A DNA stretch of 64,000 bases, from positions 4,128,001-4,192,000 of the forward strand of contig OZ244170.1 in assembly GCA_965216565.1 (NCBI GenBank), in the 5' to 3' direction. The stretch comes from Bythopirellula sp. (lineage in GTDB: Bacteria; Planctomycetota; Planctomycetia; Pirellulales; Lacipirellulaceae). Below the pieces are notes generated by a model. It was given only the letters and a program-made list of their open reading frames with translations, had not been told where the DNA came from and did not search any database. Positions 10,482-19,016 of this stretch are shown here, one piece after another. The number at the start of each line of letters is the position of its first letter. Within the stretch, counting starts at the first letter, position 1. A program made the position numbers and the translations under genes.

Positions 10482-11819
10482 CTACTGTTTTCGCCCTCGT
10501 CGGCTACTCGCCGCTGCCCCAGCAAGGGCGAGTAGCCAAAGTGAGGCTGGCTCCGGAACAGTCGAAGCCGCTGCGAGAGGAGCGCCAGAGTCAATTCCAA
10601 CTCCGTATTCAATTTGAAATTCCAGGAAGTCGAGACCTGTGACAAAACCGTCGTTATCAGCATCGCCATCCGCCTTCGTAGCTCCGGGTCCAAGCCCGTA
10701 ATTCGCTTCCCAGGTCGCAAGATCATCACCATCAACATCGCAATCGCTGTCGAAGTCGGCATCGAGTGCACAAATCTTGAGAACTCCTTCTGCCTGATTC
10801 AGATAGATCGTTGGTTCGTCGGTACCGTTATCGGCCGTGAGTTCGCCAGCATCGATGTAGCTTTGATATCGGGCTACCTCGCTGACATCGGGATCGGGCA
10901 AAAGTGCGCTCAAATGACCGTAAATATTAATAATCGCGTTGTCTCGAATATCAAGGCTGACATTGCCTGAGGAAGGGACGGCCTGACCATTCAGAAACCA
11001 ATCGCGATTGAAGGACAAGTGGCCCCCATTGCTGGGATCACCAGCCACGTTGGCCGCGATGTTGATCACGGCATCGCCACTTAGCTCCGCGCTACCATTG
11101 CCCTTGAGTTGTCCCAAATTCATCCAGCGAGCGTTGATGGTGCCGCCGCTCATGATGAGCTCGCCATTGAGCGGGGCAGAGTCAGTAGGATCTTGCAACG
11201 AATGATCCACGAACTGTTCGGGGATCAACAGGCCGTTGGTGTTAATCACGCCGCCGGACATTTGTACCGTGGCCAGAGGATTAGGATGCACGGGACCGCC
11301 ATTGAAGCCGGGATAGCCACGACCTACTTGTAAATGAAATCCCACTGCATTGGCATTGGCGGGAGCGTTCGGATCGATTCCGATGTCCAACCGACCCCCC
11401 GTCACTAGGAGCGTATTGATAGCCCCGCCGTCGCCTACGCGTACACCGTACGATTTAGCGTGTACGGAAGAGTCGATCAATGTCGTAGTTCCGTCGGTGT
11501 TGAAAAAGTTATCGTTATTGCGATTCGGGCCATCATCGAAATTTGGATCTGTTAGCGGATAACATCCGAAGGGAGGCAAGCAGAAATTAGGATCATCCCA
11601 GCCGCCGTTGGGGAAGGTGAACGAGTTAATCGGTACGATGCCAAATGACCAGTTATTCGGATCGTCCCAAGAATTTGTCGCCCCATTACCGGTGAAGTTG
11701 TTCGGCGGCTGCCCAAGCGCGCTAAGAGCAGACACTTGAACAATTCCAACAACTATCACGGCTGTTGAGATTCTTGCGATGCACTTCTTGGTGTTGGATA
11801 TCAACTGGGAGTTCCTCAT
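10482..11819 (-). CDS. PEP-CTERM surface protein, family A copy 3, with dockerin-like module
   Basis: ATGA overlap with the upstream stop and AGGAG RBS support a start at 11819. WDDPNFCLPPFGCYPLTDPNFDDGPN motif; DFDSDCDVDGDDL; VPEP + TM + RRGRK. Confidence 0.85.
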   Translation of the reverse strand: MRNSQLISNTKKCIARISTAVIVVGIVQVSALSALGQPPNNFTGNGATNSWDDPNNWSFGIVPINSFTFPNGGWDDPNFCLPPFGCYPLTDPNFDDGPNRNNDNFFNTDGTTTLIDSSVHAKSYGVRVGDGGAINTLLVTGGRLDIGIDPNAPANANAVGFHLQVGRGYPGFNGGPVHPNPLATVQMSGGVINTNGLLIPEQFVDHSLQDPTDSAPLNGELIMSGGTINARWMNLGQLKGNGSAELSGDAVINIAANVAGDPSNGGHLSFNRDWFLNGQAVPSSGNVSLDIRDNAIINIYGHLSALLPDPDVSEVARYQSYIDAGELTADNGTDEPTIYLNQAEGVLKICALDADFDSDCDVDGDDLATWEANYGLGPGATKADGDADNDGFVTGLDFLEFQIEYGVGIDSGAPLAAASTVPEPASLWLLALAGAAASSRRGRKQ

Positions 11820-13138
11820 GTTTCTCCTAGAAAACGACAACGAAGGCTGCTCGTCGCGACTGCGACCGAGGCGAGGAGACAGATCGATGCTGGTTCCGGA
11901 ATCGTGGCAGCCGCAAGAGGGGGAATCGTTGAGTCGACCCCTACGCCAAACTCAATCTGCCACTCGAGGAAGTCGAGACCATTCACAACACCATCGTTGT
12001 TGGCGTCTCCATCAGTTTTAAGTGCCCCGCTACCCAACCCGTAGCCTGTTTCCCACGTCGCCAAGTCATCGCCATCGACATCGCAGTCGCTGTCAAAATC
12101 TGCATCTAAAGCACAGATCTTGATTACCGAGGAACCATCGAAATAGATCGTCGGTACATCGGTGCCGTTGTCTGCTGTGAGTTCTCCTATGTCGATATAG
12201 CTCTGATAACGATCGACTTCGCTTTGGTCGGGAACGGTTTTAAGCTCGTTCATGTGCCCTGTAATTGTGAAGATAGCATTCTCACTAATATCGATATGGG
12301 CATCGCCAATAGCATCGACGGGTTGACTGTTGATGAACCAGTCTTGACGCATCTCCAAGAAACCACCGTTGCCGGGATCTCCGGGAACGTTGGAAAAGAT
12401 ATTAATCACTGCGTCGCCACTAAAAACTGCGTTGCCGTGGCCTACAAACTGGCCAACGTTTATCTTGCGCGTGTTCAGCGTCCCGCCAGTCATTATGAAT
12501 TCGCCAGATATCGGCTCTGTATTGTAGTTATTGTTTGGATCTGGTTGGGGATCGACAGACTCGTCGACGAATTGCTCGGGAATTTTAACGAGCCCAGTGT
12601 TCACAAGGCCCCCCGACATAATCACTGTCGCTTTCGGATTGGGTGTCGCGATCGGATTTTTGTTGAATCCTCGACCGACGTCCAAAAACCATCCCACCTG
12701 GTTCGCATTGGCTGGGGCATTTGGATCGATTCCGATGTCCAACTGACCGCCAGTAATCAACAACGTGTTGGAAGCACCGTCTAAACCAACCCGCACACCA
12801 TAGGCCTTGGCGTGGACCGAAGAATCGATCACTGTCGTCGTGCCCTCGGTGTTGAACATGGCATTGTTATTGCCATTCGGTCCATCATCAAAATTTGGAT
12901 CTGTTAGCGGATAACATCCAAAGGGTGGCAGGCAGAAATTTGGATCGTCCCAGCCGCCCTGTGGATTGGTGAAGGAGTTGATCGGTGCGATGCCATAGTG
13001 CCAGTTATTAGGGTCGTCCCAAGAAGTCGTCGCTCCACCGCCGGTGAAGAAATTGGGTGTTTGCCCGGGAGCGTTCTGCTGCATTAAGAAAACGGTCCCA
13101 ATTACCAGCACAGAAACTTTGAGCATCAAAGGTTTCAT
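11816..13138 (-). CDS. PEP-CTERM surface protein, family A copy 2
   Basis: Signal peptide from MKPLML (AGGAAGG upstream); same Cys-loop motif and dockerin-like module; IPEP + TM. Confidence 0.85.
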   Translation of the reverse strand: MKPLMLKVSVLVIGTVFLMQQNAPGQTPNFFTGGGATTSWDDPNNWHYGIAPINSFTNPQGGWDDPNFCLPPFGCYPLTDPNFDDGPNGNNNAMFNTEGTTTVIDSSVHAKAYGVRVGLDGASNTLLITGGQLDIGIDPNAPANANQVGWFLDVGRGFNKNPIATPNPKATVIMSGGLVNTGLVKIPEQFVDESVDPQPDPNNNYNTEPISGEFIMTGGTLNTRKINVGQFVGHGNAVFSGDAVINIFSNVPGDPGNGGFLEMRQDWFINSQPVDAIGDAHIDISENAIFTITGHMNELKTVPDQSEVDRYQSYIDIGELTADNGTDVPTIYFDGSSVIKICALDADFDSDCDVDGDDLATWETGYGLGSGALKTDGDANNDGVVNGLDFLEWQIEFGVGVDSTIPPLAAATIPEPASICLLASVAVATSSLRCRFLGET

Positions 13139-13238
13139 GATCTGGCGAACCTTCCTATCTGAGCCGACAGTGCCGTTCTCCTGAGTTTGCTTACAGCTCT
13201 CCATGCTCAAGGACCCTTTCAATACGGCATTGGCTGGC

Positions 13239-14552
13239 TTATCGGCGTCGGCGTAAGCCTAAGGCCGCACTCATTCCAGCGAACAACAACAGCGAGCCTG
13301 GCTCTGGAACCGTGGAAGCTCCCACAAGCGGGGCTCCCGAGTCGACTCCTACGCCATACTCGATCTGCCATTCCAGGAAGTCGAGTCCAGTAATGAAACC
13401 GTCGTTATCGGAGTCTCCGTCGGCCTTAGTCGCTCCCGGCCCGAGGCCGTAATTGGATTGCCAAGTGGCGAGATCGTCGCCATCGACATCGCAGTCACCA
13501 TCGAAGTCGGCGTCCAAAGCGCAGATTTTGATCACTGAACTACCATCGAAGTAAATCGTTGGATCGTCCGTGTCGTTGTCGGCTGTTAGCCAACCATTGC
13601 TCACATAACTTTCGTAACGGGTTACATCTGCGGCCAGCGGCACAGAGGAGAATTCATTCAGGCTGCCAAAGATGTTGATGATCGCGTTGTCGGTGATATC
13701 CAAACTCGGTGTCCCTGTAGCCTGTACTGGCTGACCATTGATGAACCAGTCGCGGTTCATAATCAGATGCCCGCCATTGCCAGGGTCGCCGGCGACATTT
13801 CCTTCAAGATTGATAACAGCCGTACCGCTAATCTCCGCATTGCCGTCGGCGACAAATTGACCGACATTCATCCAGCGAGCATTCATCGTGCCGCCGGACA
13901 TGAGGAATTCGCCATAGATCGGCGCCGTGTTGTAGTTGTTGTTGGGGTCCGGTGCCGGATCAACACTTTCATCAACAAACTGCTCGGGGATCAGCAGACC
14001 GTTCGTTCGAACTTTCCCCCCGGTCATGATCACCGTTGCCTTAGGATTAGGATTTCCGCTCTGGTTAAATCCTCTACCAACGTCCAAGTGCCAACCTACG
14101 GCATTGGCGTCATCAGGCTCGTTCGGATCGATACCTACGTCCAGCTTGCCGCCAGTGATCATGAGCGTATTAGAGGCGCCGTCCAGGCCAACCCGCACAC
14201 CATAGGCCTTGGCGTGGACCGAAGAATCGATCACTGTCGTCGTGCCCTCGGTGTTGAACATGGCATTGTTATTGCCATTCGGTCCATCATCGAAATTTGG
14301 ATCTGTTAGCGGATAACATCCAAAGGGTGGCAGGCAGAAATTTGGATCGTCCCAGCCGCCCTGAGGATCGGTGAACGAGTTGATCGGTGCAATGCCATAG
14401 TGCCAGTTAGTGCCATTGCTATTGGGGTCGTCCCATAAATTTGTCGAACCCCCTCCGAGCCAGAAATTAGGACTTTGCCCCAATGCATCGAAGGGCAATA
14501 GAAAGAAACTGGCTAGCAATACAAATGCACAAACTGAAACGATTGACTTCAT
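13239..14552 (-). CDS. PEP-CTERM surface protein, family A copy 1
   Basis: Signal peptide, AAGGAG RBS, same motifs, VPEP + TM + RRRR. Confidence 0.88.
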   Translation of the reverse strand: MKSIVSVCAFVLLASFFLLPFDALGQSPNFWLGGGSTNLWDDPNSNGTNWHYGIAPINSFTDPQGGWDDPNFCLPPFGCYPLTDPNFDDGPNGNNNAMFNTEGTTTVIDSSVHAKAYGVRVGLDGASNTLMITGGKLDVGIDPNEPDDANAVGWHLDVGRGFNQSGNPNPKATVIMTGGKVRTNGLLIPEQFVDESVDPAPDPNNNYNTAPIYGEFLMSGGTMNARWMNVGQFVADGNAEISGTAVINLEGNVAGDPGNGGHLIMNRDWFINGQPVQATGTPSLDITDNAIINIFGSLNEFSSVPLAADVTRYESYVSNGWLTADNDTDDPTIYFDGSSVIKICALDADFDGDCDVDGDDLATWQSNYGLGPGATKADGDSDNDGFITGLDFLEWQIEYGVGVDSGAPLVGASTVPEPGSLLLFAGMSAALGLRRRR

Positions 14553-14828
14553 GACTTAAACTCCTTAGCTAAAAGTCTCACGTGAAATCTTCGAGGCGGA
14601 AAACCAAACAGGCTCTAGATAGAGGCCCGCACAGAGTGGTCAACGGGGTGAGCGTGCCCCGTGCACCATGAGCGTTATTCCCCAAAAGACGATGATGAGA
14701 CTCCAATCGCATTGGCCATCTCGCTCTTCCATAAACTCCATTACCACCTATTGGTTGTGAGCCCTCCTCGAACTCCTTCGTCAAGATCTATGGAGGAGGC
14801 CCCAAGACCGAGAGAAGAGGTTAGAGGA

Positions 14829-14857
14829 GGGGTCCTCGGATCGAATCCGAGGACCCC
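14829..14857 (-). terminator. Perfect 13-bp stem-loop downstream of the first PEP-CTERM gene (terminator or mRNA stabiliser)
   Basis: GGGGTCCTCGGAT-cga-ATCCGAGGACCCC; no clear U-tract on the minus strand. Confidence 0.5.
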
Positions 14858-14883
14858 AACCGATCAATCTAAAAACTAAATTC

Positions 14884-15954
14884 CTAGGATACTACTTCTT
14901 CCTTGCGACGAAGTATTAGCCAGGAACCGGCGGCCATCATCACTAGACCCATAGTTGTTGGCTCTGGGACGGTAGCAAAAAGTGCATATCCTGTTGGCAC
15001 GGTAGCGCCTGTTGGTGAACCCGTGTTAGGATCGAAAACCGGTGACGTTCCTGTTGGAACAAACTCGTGATGAAGAGTGAAACCACTACCAGCGGCAATC
15101 CAGCCGTTAGATACGTAGTTATCGACGAAGTAGTCGTACTCTTCCTCGGTCAAGTTCACGTCACGCTGGCCATTGCCGTTTCCATCAGTCCACCACTCAC
15201 CAAATACGCGTAGCTGAGCGTTGTCGCTGATTTCCAGCAGTGAAGTACCGCCTGTGTTGTTGGGGTCTTCGAAAGCCTCGATCCACAGAACACCAGGAGA
15301 GAAACCGTTGTTGTCATCATTGAGTCGCACAAGGGCGTTGCCGCTAAGTGTGACTGTAGAGTTGGCGTCTTGGGCACCAAGGCGCAACAGGTCGGTGTTG
15401 ATCTTACTATTACCACTAACGTGCATTTCTGCATTGATACCTACGCTACCCGCTGGTGGGCCAAACGCTTCGGGAACCGTCAGAATGGACGCATTAACTG
15501 TACCACCCGACATGTTGAACTGAACAAGGTGATTGGGGTCGTTGTTCGTACCCCGGCCTACGTTAAAACCAAATCCACCTTGGTTCGTTATGGAACCACC
15601 GGTCATATTCAACGTGTTGCTTGCAGATTGATTGTTAAACGGCGACGGCAAGGCTGGATCAAGAGGGTGACCAAGCTGGAGACCAAAGGTAGTGGCGTTG
15701 ACCGACGAATCGACCAGGGTGACAGTGCCGTTCTTGGTGAATCGTGCGACGTTGAGGTCATCCATTGCGTTGGGATCAATATGCCGCTCCGTGGCACTCT
15801 GGGGAACCATACCCGAGTCCCAGTTCGATGGTTCATCCCAGTGGTTCAGCGGTACGCCATTGCCACCCAGCCATTGATTGTCAGCAGATGCCAAGTTGGC
15901 CAGGCAAACTGGCAAAACTACAGCAAAGGCGAGCGATAGAAGTCGAAATTTCAT
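14884..15954 (-). CDS. PEP-CTERM surface protein, distant family A member
   Basis: GGAGG RBS before MKFRLL signal peptide; WDEPSNW, TLVDSSVNA, VGRG, MSGG, YVSNGW shared with family A; VPEP + TM + RRK. Confidence 0.85.
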   Translation of the reverse strand: MKFRLLSLAFAVVLPVCLANLASADNQWLGGNGVPLNHWDEPSNWDSGMVPQSATERHIDPNAMDDLNVARFTKNGTVTLVDSSVNATTFGLQLGHPLDPALPSPFNNQSASNTLNMTGGSITNQGGFGFNVGRGTNNDPNHLVQFNMSGGTVNASILTVPEAFGPPAGSVGINAEMHVSGNSKINTDLLRLGAQDANSTVTLSGNALVRLNDDNNGFSPGVLWIEAFEDPNNTGGTSLLEISDNAQLRVFGEWWTDGNGNGQRDVNLTEEEYDYFVDNYVSNGWIAAGSGFTLHHEFVPTGTSPVFDPNTGSPTGATVPTGYALFATVPEPTTMGLVMMAAGSWLILRRKEEVVS

Positions 15955-16453
15955 TAGTGCTTTCCCTCCAAAAAACTCAAGCGAAAAGAGACCTAAGAAC
16001 ACCCCCACCATCAAGAGGGGGGACACGAAAAGAAACTATCTCCTCGATTAGATAACCTTCCTAGGTCGGAAACAATCCAATTACTAAACGCAACAAGGTT
16101 TAGTACCGGAAATTGCATGAGAATTTCGTTAGAAGTGCAAAATTACTGTGGCCCGCTCGTCCTAAATCCCTACCATTAAAAGGGTAATGGAGCTGAAGCC
16201 TCCAAAAAAAAGCGCACTGATTAGCCTCCTAATTGAGGGGATACTCACTCTCATTCAGAATCCGTTCCTGGGCTAGAGGATCAGAAAGGAAGAATCTCGC
16301 GAATTCCTTGACTATTTACCTCCAATTCGTCCCTAAGTTGGTTGTTGCTTCTTGTGGCAGGTGTTCTCAGGCGACCTATTTATGGATCTGGGCGATCTGT
16401 ACGCAGTTTATGGGAATAAATCACGCTTGGGCTTCAAGTGACAGGCTGAGGGG

Positions 16454-17041
16454 ATGGATCGAATGGACGAACAACAGGGAAGCGCTGACAGCCAAAAGAA
16501 TCTCCTCACGGCCGAGGACTTTGTAGCACTTGTACTGCAGCACGAACATCGGATTCGAGGTTTTGTCGCTTCCTTAATGCTCCCTTCAAGCGAAGTGGAC
16601 GATGTATTCCAAAGTGCTTGTCTGGCAGCGTTTAAGAAACTCGAATCGTTTAGTTACAAGGGGGATACAATCCCCGATGAAGAGTTCGTTCGTTGGGTCT
16701 GCACGATTGCCCGATACGAAGTGCTACAAGTTTATCGAAAGCGTCGAAACGCGAAGGTCGTTTTCAGTAGCGAATTGGTCACCGAGATCGCAGATATGCA
16801 ATTGAGGAATACAAAACTGATCCTTGATCGCACCGATGCCTTGGCCGAGTGTGTCGAACACTTAACCGAAAGGCAGCGGTCGCTGGTCACCATGCGCTAC
16901 CGAGATGGCACACCCGTGGCAGATATCGCAACATACCTCGGGAAGAGTGCCAATGGCATCTACAAGGCGCTAGAACGAGTTCGAGCACAGCTGATGGCTT
17001 GCATTCGCAGGAAGCTTAACCAGGAAGGTTTTGCTCAGTGA
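16454..17041 (+). CDS. ECF sigma-70 factor (Rhodopirellula/Verrucomicrobium type)
   Basis: Region 2 (VDDVFQ...FVRWVCTIARYEV) and region 4 (LAECVEHL...RY...IA...YKALERVR..L..C). Confidence 0.92.
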   Translation: MDRMDEQQGSADSQKNLLTAEDFVALVLQHEHRIRGFVASLMLPSSEVDDVFQSACLAAFKKLESFSYKGDTIPDEEFVRWVCTIARYEVLQVYRKRRNAKVVFSSELVTEIADMQLRNTKLILDRTDALAECVEHLTERQRSLVTMRYRDGTPVADIATYLGKSANGIYKALERVRAQLMACIRRKLNQEGFAQ

Positions 17042-18903
17042 ACAATTCCAATAGCAATGACAAGCGTCCTTCTTTTGCTGAGCTGAGGCGGCTGCTGAAC
17101 GAAATGTGGGATGGCAACTTCAGCTCGGAGCAGTTGGCCCAACTCAACGAATTATTGAGTAGCTGTGAGGAGTCGCGTTGGGACTATATCAATTCGGTGC
17201 ATTTGCGCGAGGGCCTACAGCGATGGGCAAAATCGCAGGGCGAGGCGAGTACCTCAGACGTTGTCGAAATGATTCGGCGAGCTACGCCAGACGCAGCAGA
17301 TTTCGCCGATCCGTCTCAGGCCGATGAATTTGGATTCACCAATGCCGCGGTAGCCGCCGCCATTGAGGCTACTGAGAACAAAACCGCTTCTCAGCGAAAC
17401 ATCGCTATGAGCGCTGCATCCTCCAACGCTCATGGCTCTCGTTATACAAGGATATTCTATGCGTCCGCGGCGATGCTCCTGGTGTCCTTGGCATTCTGGC
17501 AAATAAGACCCTCGAACAAAGTCGTCCCTATAGCTGAATTGCCACCCGTAACTGAGGACAGCGATAACCCTCTCGACGACACGAAACTCACGCTCTACGA
17601 GTCGCAAACCGTGGTAGCCAGGGTTGCTTCGCTGACGCCCGATGCATCCTGGTCGCGAGGCAAGGAGCCAGCAGATTTTCTGATGCGACTCCGCCCCGGA
17701 GATATCATTGGTATCGACAAGGGTCTGGCAAAAATCGAGTTCAGCGACGGCGCGTTCGTTTTGCTGCACTCCCCAGGTGTGCTGCAAATTAATAGCGGTT
17801 CTTCGGCGCAACTATTTCATGGGCGCGTTGCTGGCCGAGCCGAAAACGGGAATTTCGTCCTAACGACTCCCTCGGCTACCGTCGTTGATATTGGTACAGA
17901 ATTTGGAATTGATGTTGGACTCACTGGCACAGACGTGACCGTTTTCGAAGGCGAAGTGCACGTCCATGGAACTCTCAGCGACCGGGGCAGCAGTTCGGTG
18001 CGTCGACTCAAGCAGGGCATGTCAGTGAGAATCGACCCACAAGGCCTGCCCCACAGGCTTATGAACGCCGCCGACTTTAGTCGACAGTTGTTCCAGCCTG
18101 AAGAGGTTGCTCTCGACCAACTGAACATCAGCCTGCTCGATTTAATCAGTGGCCACGAAACCGCCCAGCCGCGAATTGCTGGATCCATTGATCCAGCAAC
18201 AGGCTTCTGGGGTCGACCTCCTTGGATTGACCCTGAAACATTGGGAACCCAAAGAGGTGATACTCAATTCACCCAGACCGACTGGAACCCCATGGTCGAT
18301 GGTGTTTTTATCCCGCGCTCCAACGCGAGAGAAATGCAGATCGATTCTTATGGACATATGGTCTATCTGCCTGCCAACAATGGATCGACCTGGGGCCCCA
18401 TCTGGGCCCGCCGACGTTCCGATATCGATCTGAGCCGCGAGCTCTTTTCGGATAATGGGCAAGACCACTGGGGCAGCGGTACACTTGCGGCCGTCCGCGA
18501 CCGTCTTCAAAAAACTCGCGACGGGCTAATGGGGTTACATGCCAACGTGGGAATTACCTTCGATCTGGACGCCGTCCGCAAGACACGGTCCCGGCAACTC
18601 GATTACCTCAAAGCCGTCGTGGTCAATCTGGATAGTTCAACCAATACGACAGAATCCGCCGAGAAACCTCTGGCCGACTTGCGCGTGTTTGTCGATGGGC
18701 GGTTACGGTTCAGCCGACTCGAATTCGGCCGGGACGATGGCAACGCCCAGATGGTGGTTCCCCTGTCTCAGGAAGATCGCTTTTTAACGATCGTCACAAC
18801 CGATGCCGGAGGCGATCCCTCTTTTGATCACGTCGTTTTGATCGATCCCATTCTCCAGCTACAGCCGGAGTCTACTACGACAGCTCGTTACAATGGCGAG
18901 TAA
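17038..18903 (+). CDS. FecR-domain anti-sigma factor with C-terminal NPCBM-like sugar-sensing module
   Basis: GTGA overlap with sigma gene; N-terminal cytoplasmic domain, TM, TPSATVVDIGTEFGI...VFEGEV (FecR), GLHANVGITFDL. Confidence 0.85.
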   Translation: MNNSNSNDKRPSFAELRRLLNEMWDGNFSSEQLAQLNELLSSCEESRWDYINSVHLREGLQRWAKSQGEASTSDVVEMIRRATPDAADFADPSQADEFGFTNAAVAAAIEATENKTASQRNIAMSAASSNAHGSRYTRIFYASAAMLLVSLAFWQIRPSNKVVPIAELPPVTEDSDNPLDDTKLTLYESQTVVARVASLTPDASWSRGKEPADFLMRLRPGDIIGIDKGLAKIEFSDGAFVLLHSPGVLQINSGSSAQLFHGRVAGRAENGNFVLTTPSATVVDIGTEFGIDVGLTGTDVTVFEGEVHVHGTLSDRGSSSVRRLKQGMSVRIDPQGLPHRLMNAADFSRQLFQPEEVALDQLNISLLDLISGHETAQPRIAGSIDPATGFWGRPPWIDPETLGTQRGDTQFTQTDWNPMVDGVFIPRSNAREMQIDSYGHMVYLPANNGSTWGPIWARRRSDIDLSRELFSDNGQDHWGSGTLAAVRDRLQKTRDGLMGLHANVGITFDLDAVRKTRSRQLDYLKAVVVNLDSSTNTTESAEKPLADLRVFVDGRLRFSRLEFGRDDGNAQMVVPLSQEDRFLTIVTTDAGGDPSFDHVVLIDPILQLQPESTTTARYNGE

Positions 18904-19016
18904 GGCAAATTTTTCTGCCTCGCCAGAGCCCGACTCCCAACCTAGACGATTTCCTGTAAATTGGGGATCCGCTCCGGTTAATTCACCCCAACACAAATCC
19001 ATGTTCTGATCTGATC

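Noticed and set aside
12786..14363. Possible DGR template/variable repeat pair
   Set aside because: Both copies are coding, the single difference is T/C on the coding strand rather than adenine-specific, and no reverse transcriptase is in the window.
14734..16195. Shared GGTAATGGAG 10-mer as an ECF promoter motif
   Set aside because: Only two occurrences in inconsistent orientation relative to the operon, and not found upstream of other locus genes. Could be chance.
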